A DNA stretch of 64,000 nt from a virus. Lineage: Duplodnaviria; Caudoviricetes. The stretch lies in the IMG/VR virus record IMGVR_UViG_3300014832_000004, positions 16,871-80,870 of that record; one strand, 5' to 3'. Shown here in pieces: positions 11,056 to 18,649 of this stretch; within the stretch, counting starts at the first letter, position 1, and each line of letters begins with the position of its first letter. Position numbers and translations under genes: made by a program. The notes beneath the pieces are model-generated. The model did no database searches. It was not told the DNA's origin and saw only the letters and a list, made by a program, of their open reading frames with translations.

Positions 11056-13821
11056 ATGACCATTTCAAGCACCAGCCGAAAGGCCGGGCCATATGCCGGG
11101 AACGGTGTCACGGTTTCCTTCCCGTTCTCGTTCAAGGTGTTTTCGACATCTGATCTGCTTGTCACAGAAATCGATTCCGATGACAACGAAGAAACGCTGG
11201 CGCTGACGACGAATTACACGGTCGCGCTGAATGCCGACCAGAATGCAACGCCAGGCGGAACGATCACGCTGCCAGATGCGCTGCCAGTGGGGAACTCGCT
11301 GACGATCCGCACCAACATCCCGATCACGCAAACCATGGACTTGACCAACCAAGGGGGGTTTTACCCGACGGTAATCAACAACGCCATGGACCGGGCGACA
11401 ATCCAGATCCAGCAACTTGCCGAGATCGTCGGGCGATCCCCGGCGGTGTCGATCGGGTCCGGTCTGTCTGGCATCACAATCGAATCGCCAGGAGCCGGGG
11501 AATACCTGCGATGGAACCTTGCCGGCACGGCAATCGAAGCGACGGCCGCCGTCTACGACCTTGGCACGTTCATGCAGTCCGGGACTGGCTCCGTCGAGCG
11601 TTCGGCCATGAGCAAGATGGGCGAGCGTGTCAGCGTCAAGGACTTCGGAGCCGAAGGCAACGGCGTTGCCGACGACAGCGCGGCCTTCGCGCTGCTTGAG
11701 GCGGCGTACCCTGGACACCATGTCGACCTTGATGGGTTCGCCTATTCGGTCGCGGCGATCCCGACTGGCGCCAGGTATCACAACGGTAGTTTCGTCGTCG
11801 GTTCGGTCAAGACGGCGATGCGCGCCAAGCGACTGGACAACCCGATGGACGGGTCATCTCGGGTGGCTATCGGCGACGGGGCCATGCATTATTGGAGCGC
11901 AAGCGCCGTCTACAACCCAGCCGACGGGGTCATGATCGCGTTCCTTGATGCCGGATACAGGCATGACACGTCGGAATCTTCACCTCTGAACATCATGTTC
12001 TCGGAAGATCGCGGGGCATCATGGGTTGGGGAAAAAACGATTTACTCCGTCGACGGATGCGATGTGGCTGATGCAAAGGCTGGGGTCATGGGCAGCGGCA
12101 GGATTGGCGCGCTGGTGTCCATGCGCGGCGGGGCCATCAGCACCTACCGTAACGATTTTGTTTATTCCGACGATGACGGCGCCACATGGGATGCGATTGT
12201 CGGAGTCATTGCCGATGGCAGCGGGTCATTCGTTTACGGCGATATGCTTCCGTATCCAGCGGCGGTCGGCGGGCACGATACGACGGGGTTTGTGGTCTAC
12301 AGCTACACCGGCGGGATCATCTATGCCCTTACCACGATAAACAACGGGGCAACATGGTCGTCTTCAGCAGTTACCTCGTCTGCATCGTACACCGAGGCGT
12401 CCGTTGTCAGGGTCAACAACGAGAACAAGTGGCTGATGTTCATCCGCACAGGAGCCAACCTGTTTGTTTCCACGTCGGTGAACATGACGACATGGACAAC
12501 TCCGGTTGACTCCGGTATCGCGATCCTGTCAAACCCGGTCTACGCGTATATAACCGGCGGGCGGCTTTTCGTCTACGTCTTCTTGCGTGATTTCGCCCCA
12601 ACTGCGCTTGGTGTCGAGAATGAAATCATCCTGTTCGAAGACGATCCGGCTGCCGTTTATGCCGCTAGCGACCTTGTAAGCAAGGCATATCGCGTAGTTG
12701 TTGATGGCGTCGACCGCGCATTGGGGTACCTGAAAATCATGCCGGTCGGCAATGATCACGTTTGGATTTACACCGCTGGCGAATACGATGGATCGACGCT
12801 ATTTCCAGCGGCCACATCAATCGTTACAGGATCGACTAGGCGATCTCCTGGAGTCGGGAAAACATATGCCGATGCCCTGGCGTCAAACACGAATATTGTC
12901 CGAAACGGGACGTTCGATTTCTGGTCAAGGGGGACCAGTTTCACAGGGTTCACGGCGAACACGAACACGGCAGACGGATGGAAATTTCAGCCGTCCGGGG
13001 CCACTGTCACCGTTACGCAACGCGCCCTGACGCCCGCAGAATCTCTGCTATTTCCTTTTCATCCGCAGTTCGGCATGGAAATATCAGCCACGGCTGACAA
13101 CTCATCAGCGCTTGTTCAGCAGTGGTTCGGCACGTCGGAAATGACCATGATTGCCGACTCCTATGTATCCATCCAGGTTTGGGGAATAGGCGACGTGCCA
13201 AGCGCCGGGCTGCGCGCAGGCATCCAGTTCGATTATGGCGGCGGCGGCAGCGCGCTTGCCCAAACTGCCGCGCTCATGGAGTTTGCCGAAAGCGCGGATA
13301 ACGTTTGGAAAACTACCGCAGTTCTTCGCGCTCCAACGATGGTAGGGAAAACCATCGGGACAGATCCGAAGACGATATTTGTGCTTGGGAATTCGTCTGA
13401 GACAGAGGCTTGGGACGCAACGATCGTTGGCGTCAAATACGAGCTATCAAGCGCTCCGTCGCGTTTCCGTCCTATCGACTTGAGCGCCGAAAAGATGCGC
13501 TGCCAGAGGTATGTGCAAGCCATTCCATACGACTCAATCGATGCGGTTGGCGTGGCCTGTGCCGCTTCAACAGTTGCCGCATTCGCGACAATCGAATACC
13601 CGGCGATGGTTTCCGCTCCGTCTGTGTCGCTTCTGTCAGGCGCGGCTGGATCGTTCGAGGTCTACCCTCTCGGGTCGACGATTACAGCCGTGTCAGCGAG
13701 CAGTGTTGGCGTCAAGGCTACGGCAATTTCGATCACCACTACCGGCATGACGGCCGGTGACAGCTACCTCTTCAGGACCAAGGCGGCGTCCCCGGTAGTT
13801 TTCCTGCTGGACGCCGAGTAA
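11056..13821 (+). CDS. Tail spike/fibre with endosialidase-like N-extension and Asp-box (BNR) propeller
   Basis: T7-like N-terminal anchor; VKDFGAEGNGVADDSAAF; Asp-boxes SEDRGASW, SDDDGATW, TINNGATW. Confidence 0.75.
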   Translation: MTISSTSRKAGPYAGNGVTVSFPFSFKVFSTSDLLVTEIDSDDNEETLALTTNYTVALNADQNATPGGTITLPDALPVGNSLTIRTNIPITQTMDLTNQGGFYPTVINNAMDRATIQIQQLAEIVGRSPAVSIGSGLSGITIESPGAGEYLRWNLAGTAIEATAAVYDLGTFMQSGTGSVERSAMSKMGERVSVKDFGAEGNGVADDSAAFALLEAAYPGHHVDLDGFAYSVAAIPTGARYHNGSFVVGSVKTAMRAKRLDNPMDGSSRVAIGDGAMHYWSASAVYNPADGVMIAFLDAGYRHDTSESSPLNIMFSEDRGASWVGEKTIYSVDGCDVADAKAGVMGSGRIGALVSMRGGAISTYRNDFVYSDDDGATWDAIVGVIADGSGSFVYGDMLPYPAAVGGHDTTGFVVYSYTGGIIYALTTINNGATWSSSAVTSSASYTEASVVRVNNENKWLMFIRTGANLFVSTSVNMTTWTTPVDSGIAILSNPVYAYITGGRLFVYVFLRDFAPTALGVENEIILFEDDPAAVYAASDLVSKAYRVVVDGVDRALGYLKIMPVGNDHVWIYTAGEYDGSTLFPAATSIVTGSTRRSPGVGKTYADALASNTNIVRNGTFDFWSRGTSFTGFTANTNTADGWKFQPSGATVTVTQRALTPAESLLFPFHPQFGMEISATADNSSALVQQWFGTSEMTMIADSYVSIQVWGIGDVPSAGLRAGIQFDYGGGGSALAQTAALMEFAESADNVWKTTAVLRAPTMVGKTIGTDPKTIFVLGNSSETEAWDATIVGVKYELSSAPSRFRPIDLSAEKMRCQRYVQAIPYDSIDAVGVACAASTVAAFATIEYPAMVSAPSVSLLSGAAGSFEVYPLGSTITAVSASSVGVKATAISITTTGMTAGDSYLFRTKAASPVVFLLDAE

Positions 13822-14102
13822 TGACAGAGCGCGCGTATGGAGGCGAAGAGCGCCGGTCGTGGCAGTCAGAGGCAGCCGTGCTGCACGGGAAGCTTGAGAA
13901 TATCGAGACCTTGTCGAGAGAGACGCACGATTTGATAATCGGGCACTTAGCGGCTGAGATCGAAACCAAGGCGGCCATCGCTGAGCTGGTAATTCTGTGG
14001 CGTGGCAGCAAGATGATGGTGACTGCGTTCAAGGTCATCATCCCGATTGTTGCCGCCGCATTCGGCGCTGCGATGTGGGCGAAGGATCACTTCAAATGGT
14101 AG
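13821..14102 (+). CDS. Small membrane protein, probable lysis-cassette component
   Basis: Coiled N-terminus plus C-terminal hydrophobic helix; follows tail spike. Confidence 0.55.
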   Translation: MTERAYGGEERRSWQSEAAVLHGKLENIETLSRETHDLIIGHLAAEIETKAAIAELVILWRGSKMMVTAFKVIIPIVAAAFGAAMWAKDHFKW

Positions 14103-14278
14103 TCGAATACCTTATCGCCAGAGCGAAGGAGGCGTCTACCTGGCGCGGGATTGTTCTGATCGCCACCGCCTGCGGCGCGGTGCTGTCTCCTGAACAGCAG
14201 GATGCGATTGTGACCGTTGGGTTGCTGGTGGTTGGTCTGATCGGGGCTGCGATCTCCGACGAAAAAAGCCGCCCGTAG
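14096..14278 (+). CDS. Probable holin (2 TM, 60 aa)
   Basis: EASTWRG followed by two hydrophobic segments and a charged C-terminus. Confidence 0.6.
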   Translation: MVVEYLIARAKEASTWRGIVLIATACGAVLSPEQQDAIVTVGLLVVGLIGAAISDEKSRP

Positions 14279-14284
14279 GCGGCT
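14261..14284 (-). terminator. Intrinsic terminator of the leftward operon
   Basis: AGCCGCC-CGTA-GGCGGCT hairpin preceded by an A6 run on +. Confidence 0.75.
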
Positions 14285-14442
14285 TGGCGTGCGTGACTCG
14301 TTGGCATTGACGCAGTTGTCAGAATTTTTAGTGAACGCGCACATGCTCTAGCTTCCTGTTTCTGTTCGAAATCCAGCCGCGTAGGCACATGCATACAGAA
14401 TAATGACGCAAAGCTCTGCGTCAAATAGGATTGCTACATCAC

Positions 14443-14449
14443 GTTATAC
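14443..14449 (+). repeat. Leading R-type core box GTTATAC (attI-like or decayed attC)
   Basis: Exact complement of R'' GTATAAC of attC1 at 15214. Confidence 0.6.
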
Positions 14450-14453
14450 GTCT

Positions 14454-15197
14454 TCATGCGGTCAGTACCATTTGCACGGCCTGCCGCTCCCAATGTTGCA
14501 AACTCTGTTGCGCTTCAATCCGTTCGCGCATCACCAACGCACGAACGTCTTTTCCCTTCGGGGGGTATGTTCCGCGCCAGGCCGAATCAATGCCTATGTT
14601 CTGAGCAATATTCGTGCTGTCTGCGCTACTCAGCGGCAACCGCGTAAAAACCTCTGGATTAAGCATCCGAAGGCCATGCAGTTTCGTGATCGGCAGTCCA
14701 TCTTTTCCCGTCACAGCGTTCATGGCTTCGGCCATTCGGTTCCACCATTTGTCTGTTCCAACAGTGGCAAACTCTCCGCTGCTACCGAGGCATATCCGAG
14801 GCCAAGCATGTGCAAGCCTTTGTAGGCGTCCAATTGATTCGTGCATGTGCCAAACGGGTGCGCCAATGTGGGCATGTCTTGCCTTCCAAGGCCATTCGGA
14901 AACGAGGGCATCATTTGCTTGTTCATCGCCATCAATCACGTCCGGTATTACTGCAAAGTCAAACGATGGGGCGCGACAAATCTCATCAACCCATGCGTAG
15001 TAGCCGCCCCAATCCGTTATTGGTTGTCCGCTTTTCCATGCCGAGAAAGCGCCGTTGTCCACTGCAAAACTCTGGCAAATCTCAAGGGCCAAGCCGAGTT
15101 GGTCGGCGTACCGGAAGGAAACAAAGGCGTGCCCACCCCCAACGGCCGCGCAAGCTGCTGTCGCAGGCGTTATTGGTAGTCCGTGGTAATGAATCAT
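14454..15197 (-). CDS. TGT/DpdA-like (queuine tRNA-ribosyltransferase fold) protein, cassette A
   Basis: VDNGAF, IPDV, LHGLR, SADS motifs in TGT order; SD GGAGAGGA before ATG 15197. Confidence 0.65.
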   Translation of the reverse strand: MIHYHGLPITPATAACAAVGGGHAFVSFRYADQLGLALEICQSFAVDNGAFSAWKSGQPITDWGGYYAWVDEICRAPSFDFAVIPDVIDGDEQANDALVSEWPWKARHAHIGAPVWHMHESIGRLQRLAHAWPRICLGSSGEFATVGTDKWWNRMAEAMNAVTGKDGLPITKLHGLRMLNPEVFTRLPLSSADSTNIAQNIGIDSAWRGTYPPKGKDVRALVMRERIEAQQSLQHWERQAVQMVLTA

Positions 15198-15213
15198 TTC
15201 CTCTCCAAAATAC

Positions 15214-15276
15214 GTATAACCCATCGCTCCAGCGGGACGCGGCTAATCGCCGCGCCCCTGAGCTAGTGCGTTATGC
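15214..15276 (+). repeat. attC site 1 (63 bp)
   Basis: GTATAAC-CCATC-GCTCCAGC-(CGCGGC hairpin)-CCTGAGC-TAGTGC-GTTATGC; canonical 5 nt/8 nt/7 nt/6 nt layout. Confidence 0.9.
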
Positions 15277-15555
15277 CGCAGCAAAATTACTCATCACTAC
15301 GCCAGCCTCGCCTTCTGCCAGCAGTTCGGTGCAGGTTGAATACTTCGCGTCCTTCCACGGCTGGTTTGTGTCCGCCGTTTTGGTTGAAAGGAACTCGCCT
15401 AGGTTTTCATCGCCAGCTTCAGCGTGTGCGAGTGCGCGGGCCTCGTCTTCCGTTTCGGCGCGCACCACAAAGCCGAACGATTTGTCGTACCACGGTTCCC
15501 ACGGGTTGTCTTTCTTGTCCAACCCCTCCACGGGGCGCAGTATCCAAAGTTTCAT
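15271..15555 (-). CDS. Hypothetical protein, cassette B (94 aa)
   Basis: SD upstream; TAA stop coincides with the TTA of attC1 R'. Confidence 0.75.
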   Translation of the reverse strand: MKLWILRPVEGLDKKDNPWEPWYDKSFGFVVRAETEDEARALAHAEAGDENLGEFLSTKTADTNQPWKDAKYSTCTELLAEGEAGVVMSNFAAA

Positions 15556-15582
15556 TTCTTCTCCTTTCTCGCCGCCGCAGCG

Positions 15583-15651
15583 GCATAACCCTGCGTTCCA
15601 GCGGAGGCTGCGCCATGAAGCGGCGCATCCCCGCTGAACTCCACGTTAGGC
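15583..15651 (+). repeat. attC site 2 (69 bp)
   Basis: GCATAAC-CCTGC-GTTCCAGC-...-GCTGAAC-TCCAC-GTTAGGC. Confidence 0.9.
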
Positions 15652-16011
15652 AACGTGAGGCCCGCCGTGCTTTGCAATCGCCTCGTGCACGATCCGGCAT
15701 ACCTCTGGCATCTCACCGGCCAGCGAATACACGGCGCGCAGCGCCTCCACCAGTGCAATTACGTCGTCGCACTTGTCAGCCCACATGCCTTCACACACAC
15801 TGCGCGCATAGTGGTCGTTCTGGCACTCGGCGTCGTGCGGCTGGCGAAACACCGGAAACGCGCCCTCTGCGTCGCTGTCGCACAGGACAATTCGAGTCGG
15901 CCTCTCGTGCTTCGTCACATAGCGGCACCAAGCCACATGCGCGCTTGGAGCACGTTCCCTAACTATCGCTTCGAGCGGACCCGCAACAGCGGGCGCCGTT
16001 GTCTCACTCAT
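15646..16011 (-). CDS. Hypothetical protein, cassette C (121 aa)
   Basis: GGAG SD and ATG lie inside the attC3 loop; stop in attC2 R'. Confidence 0.65.
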   Translation of the reverse strand: MSETTAPAVAGPLEAIVRERAPSAHVAWCRYVTKHERPTRIVLCDSDAEGAFPVFRQPHDAECQNDHYARSVCEGMWADKCDDVIALVEALRAVYSLAGEMPEVCRIVHEAIAKHGGPHVA

Positions 16012-16058
16012 GGTCGTCTCCTGCCCGCTGTTGCGGGCCGTTCAAGCTAGCGTTCGGC
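15957..16058 (+). repeat. attC site 3 (102 bp)
   Basis: CCCTAAC-TATCG-CTTCGAGC-GGACCCGCAACAGCGGGC...GCCCGCTGTTGCGGGCC-GTTCAAG-CTAGC-GTTCGGC. Confidence 0.85.
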
Positions 16059-16354
16059 CCCATCCTTGCCAGGGCCACTCTTGCCGTCCAAGCGTCGCCG
16101 TTGTCTGTCCAGCTTGCGGCCATCGCCTCGCAGCACTTCTCGCACCAGCGATAGTTCCGCATGGCACCGTCAAAGGTCGCAGCCAGTGTTCTTACGCGCT
16201 CGCCTGGCTGAATCTCTTGCAGGCACATGCCGCAGGTTCCACCCTTTCGCGCCGTGACAATCTTGTCCTTCAGCACCTTGTCGCCTGGGCGGCCAAAGTC
16301 GCCCTCGAAAGGGTTGCATTTGAGGCAGTCGGTTTCTTGCGTCTCGGTCATCAT
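16004..16354 (-). CDS. Cys-rich phage hypothetical protein, cassette D
   Basis: VTARK..CxxC..IQPGE...CxxC pattern; similar to 57196-57471. Confidence 0.7.
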   Translation of the reverse strand: MMTETQETDCLKCNPFEGDFGRPGDKVLKDKIVTARKGGTCGMCLQEIQPGERVRTLAATFDGAMRNYRWCEKCCEAMAASWTDNGDAWTARVALARMGPNASLNGPQQRAGDDHE

Positions 16355-16593
16355 TCACCTCCTGGGGCCGAACCATGCGCTCGAAGGGATCTGCGCGATA
16401 AGGCGTGCGCAGCCCGGACACGATATTGAAGCGTGATCGGGAAGTCCCACTCGTTCAGTTCTGGTTCGATCTCGCGCAGGAGCAGTTCAAACGCCTCGCG
16501 CTTGCGGCGCTCAAGATCCAGATCGTCATTTAGCCGAACAATCTCCGCCACGCACTCTCCGTGCTGGTCTCCGTCTGGTTATTCGTCAAACAT
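16351..16593 (-). pseudogene. Accessory gene with in-frame TAA at codon 5
   Basis: MFDE*PDGDQHGECVAEI versus MSFDEQPDGDPHGECAAEI at 57157; SD AAGGA upstream. Confidence 0.65.
16367..16441 (+). repeat. attC site 4, right half degenerate
   Basis: GCCGAAC-CATGC-GCTCGAAG plus TGCGC hairpin; R'' complements attC3 R'; no intact GTT box. Confidence 0.6.
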
Positions 16594-16665
16594 CGTTTTT
16601 CCTTTTGTAGTTGAAATAATCGACACCATTTTGTTGGCGCCGCCTAAATGGTTTCCTTCTGGTCA

Positions 16666-17022
16666 TCAAATCACCCCCACAATTCCAGGGTTGAACGGGC
16701 TGTCAAAACTCTCGGCACGTCTGTTGCACGGAACGCATCGCCGGTTGTTGGCGCTCGACGATCCGAACTCATGGCCGCACATCAGGCACCGTCGAACAGC
16801 CGGGCCGCGAGCAATATCGGACGCTGACCTTGACTCTAAGTTGCCCGTCGACGATGCCGCCGACAATGCGCGAAGCTCGCGGACGCGCGACGCCACCTGC
16901 GTGCCTCGCAGGCCAATCATCTCGCCGACTTGATTGTTTGTCATGCCGGCCTCTCGCAACTCAAGAACCCTGGCGTCCATTCCTGGAGTCCATCGCATCG
17001 CGCCCGGTCTGTGAGTGCTCAT
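16666..17022 (-). CDS. GcrA/Myb-like HTH protein with C-terminal Zn finger
   Basis: RWT..MDARVLEL..G...Q.G..IG; CLMC..CVPC. Confidence 0.6.
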   Translation of the reverse strand: MSTHRPGAMRWTPGMDARVLELREAGMTNNQVGEMIGLRGTQVASRVRELRALSAASSTGNLESRSASDIARGPAVRRCLMCGHEFGSSSANNRRCVPCNRRAESFDSPFNPGIVGVI

Positions 17023-17197
17023 GTACTGAGCCGCTGTCGTCTGTTTTCTTAAGACGACCAAAGCACGATGACAGATCCCTACCTAGACGCCTTGCTATCT
17101 CCGATAGCTGAACGCCTTCGCACTTCAGGCGCCACAGATCTGCGTGCTCGTCGGCGGTCCATTGGCGGCGGCCGGTAGTGACCCTTGTCTTTTTCAT
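16961..17197 (-). CDS. Myb/GcrA-like HTH protein
   Basis: QWTADEHADLWRL..EG..LSEIARRLGR. Confidence 0.6.
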   Translation of the reverse strand: MKKTRVTTGRRQWTADEHADLWRLKCEGVQLSEIARRLGRDLSSCFGRLKKTDDSGSVHEHSQTGRDAMDSRNGRQGS

Positions 17198-17553
17198 CGC
17201 ATCACGTGCACGGTGACTACACCATTGCTGTAGGCGGTGCCGTGTGCTGTCTTTCTGGATTCTCCGGCAGGGGTTGCCTGGATGCGCATGGCGATAGCCG
17301 TGTCCTTTGCCGACATGGCCAGCCTGCGCTGCGCCGCGGCTCGCTTGTCGGCAGATAGTCTGGCCATTGTCTTGGCCTTCTCAGCCTCTTTGTACGTATC
17401 CGACTTGTAGAGCTTTCTCCCCTTGGCGTAGTTCGAGACTTGGTCTGTGGTCAGACCCATTTCGGCTGCCAGTACTTTCGTGCTGGTGTTCGGGTAGCGC
17501 AGGCGAAGCAAGGCATCTTCTGCTTTCGTCAGGAATCGAGGTTCAGCTTGCAT
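17194..17553 (-). CDS. HTH-type DNA-binding protein (paralog of 58733-59092)
   Basis: EDALLRLRYPNTST..LAAEMG. Confidence 0.65.
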   Translation of the reverse strand: MQAEPRFLTKAEDALLRLRYPNTSTKVLAAEMGLTTDQVSNYAKGRKLYKSDTYKEAEKAKTMARLSADKRAAAQRRLAMSAKDTAIAMRIQATPAGESRKTAHGTAYSNGVVTVHVMR

Positions 17554-18433
17554 TTTCAAGCTCCGCTAACAAGTCGCCGGTCATCCGGAGAGCGTTCTCA
17601 AGATTTCGAACTGCCTGTTGGTAGTAGCTTGACTTCAGCTCGATGCCGACGAACTTCCTCCCCATCTGCACCGCCACATGCCCTTCGCTCCCGATTCCTG
17701 CGAACGGGGACAGAACGACATCGCCAGGGTTGGTCCATAGCTCGATGCCGCGCCTGATGACCTCAAGCTGCAGCGGGCAGATGTGCCTCTCGTCGGCATG
17801 CTCGCGAGCAGACTGATACTGCAGCGTGTCTGATGGGTTGATGTCCATCCATACAGGGCTTGCGATCTTCTGCCAGTAGCTCACCGGGTAGTTGTCTGGC
17901 GTATGCGTCACGCGCTCATCTTGCTGGCCTGGTGCGCGCACGGTGATCAGGTAGTCCGGCAGACCTTGCCGGCACATCGACGCATTATCGCGCACCGACT
18001 TGTGCAGCAGCCCGATGGCCTTGGTGCGCTGCATCTGAGTGACAGGATCTTTCCAGATGACCACTTCGGAGTGGAAGATAAACCCTTGTGCCTGAAACGC
18101 TCGGATCATGTCGCCTCGGAAATCTTTCAGACCGACGTAGCCGTCCCGTTCCTTGCTCGCAGGGAACTGCATGCAGTGGAACGAAACGTTCCGGCCGGGT
18201 TTCATGACGCGCAGCAGCTCACGGACCATGAACCCGAAGTGCTCGAAAAATTCTTCTGTCGTTCGGCAGTTGCCCATGTCTCTAGGGCTGTTGCTGTACG
18301 TGTACAGGCTGGCGAATGGCGGGCTGAAGATGCTGTAATCAATCGATCTGGCCGGCAGCCCGGCGAGCGTCTCGACGCAATCGCCGTTGATGATGGTCCA
18401 TCCTTCGCCGGATGCTTGGTCAATGCAGTTCAT
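17543..18433 (-). CDS. Amino (N4-C/N6-A) DNA methyltransferase, beta class
   Basis: NGDC, SPPF catalytic motif, HICPLQL, VLSPFAGIGS motif I. Confidence 0.9.
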   Translation of the reverse strand: MNCIDQASGEGWTIINGDCVETLAGLPARSIDYSIFSPPFASLYTYSNSPRDMGNCRTTEEFFEHFGFMVRELLRVMKPGRNVSFHCMQFPASKERDGYVGLKDFRGDMIRAFQAQGFIFHSEVVIWKDPVTQMQRTKAIGLLHKSVRDNASMCRQGLPDYLITVRAPGQQDERVTHTPDNYPVSYWQKIASPVWMDINPSDTLQYQSAREHADERHICPLQLEVIRRGIELWTNPGDVVLSPFAGIGSEGHVAVQMGRKFVGIELKSSYYQQAVRNLENALRMTGDLLAELENAS

Positions 18434-18649
18434 GCGATTTTCTCCATTGGATGCTGTTGAAGGCGCGCCGCACGCAATAGCTGCGGGCGATGCTGATTGC
18501 CGTGTAAATTGCGCCAATCGCCATGTTGTCGGACAGGCTTATGGCGATGCCGAAGGCCGGCATTATCGCCGCGTTGGCAATAAGCGATACTAACCGATCG
18601 CCACATTTGCCGCCGACTCAACGGCGCTCTGTGTTCTGGTCTGGCTCAT
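18420..18649 (-). pseudogene. Small 2-TM phage membrane protein with a 1-nt frameshift
   Basis: MSQTRTQSAVESAANVAIG stops at 18590; adjacent frame continues LVSLIANAAIMPAFG..SIARSYCVRRAFN; ATGA overlap with helicase stop. Confidence 0.6.

Larger units (their letters stand above)
14443..16441 (+). mobile_element. Integron-type gene cassette array without integrase (CALIN-like), 4 cassettes
   Basis: Three complete attC sites, one partial site and a leading GTTATAC box; each R'' complements the previous R'. Confidence 0.85.

Noticed and set aside
1-14278. Diversity-generating retroelement, expected from the BPP-1-like tail region
   Set aside because: No reverse transcriptase ORF and no TR/VR pair differing at adenines seen in the window
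17564-17600. attC-like start GCTAACAAGTCGC
   Set aside because: Inside MTase coding sequence with no matching L' and R' arms
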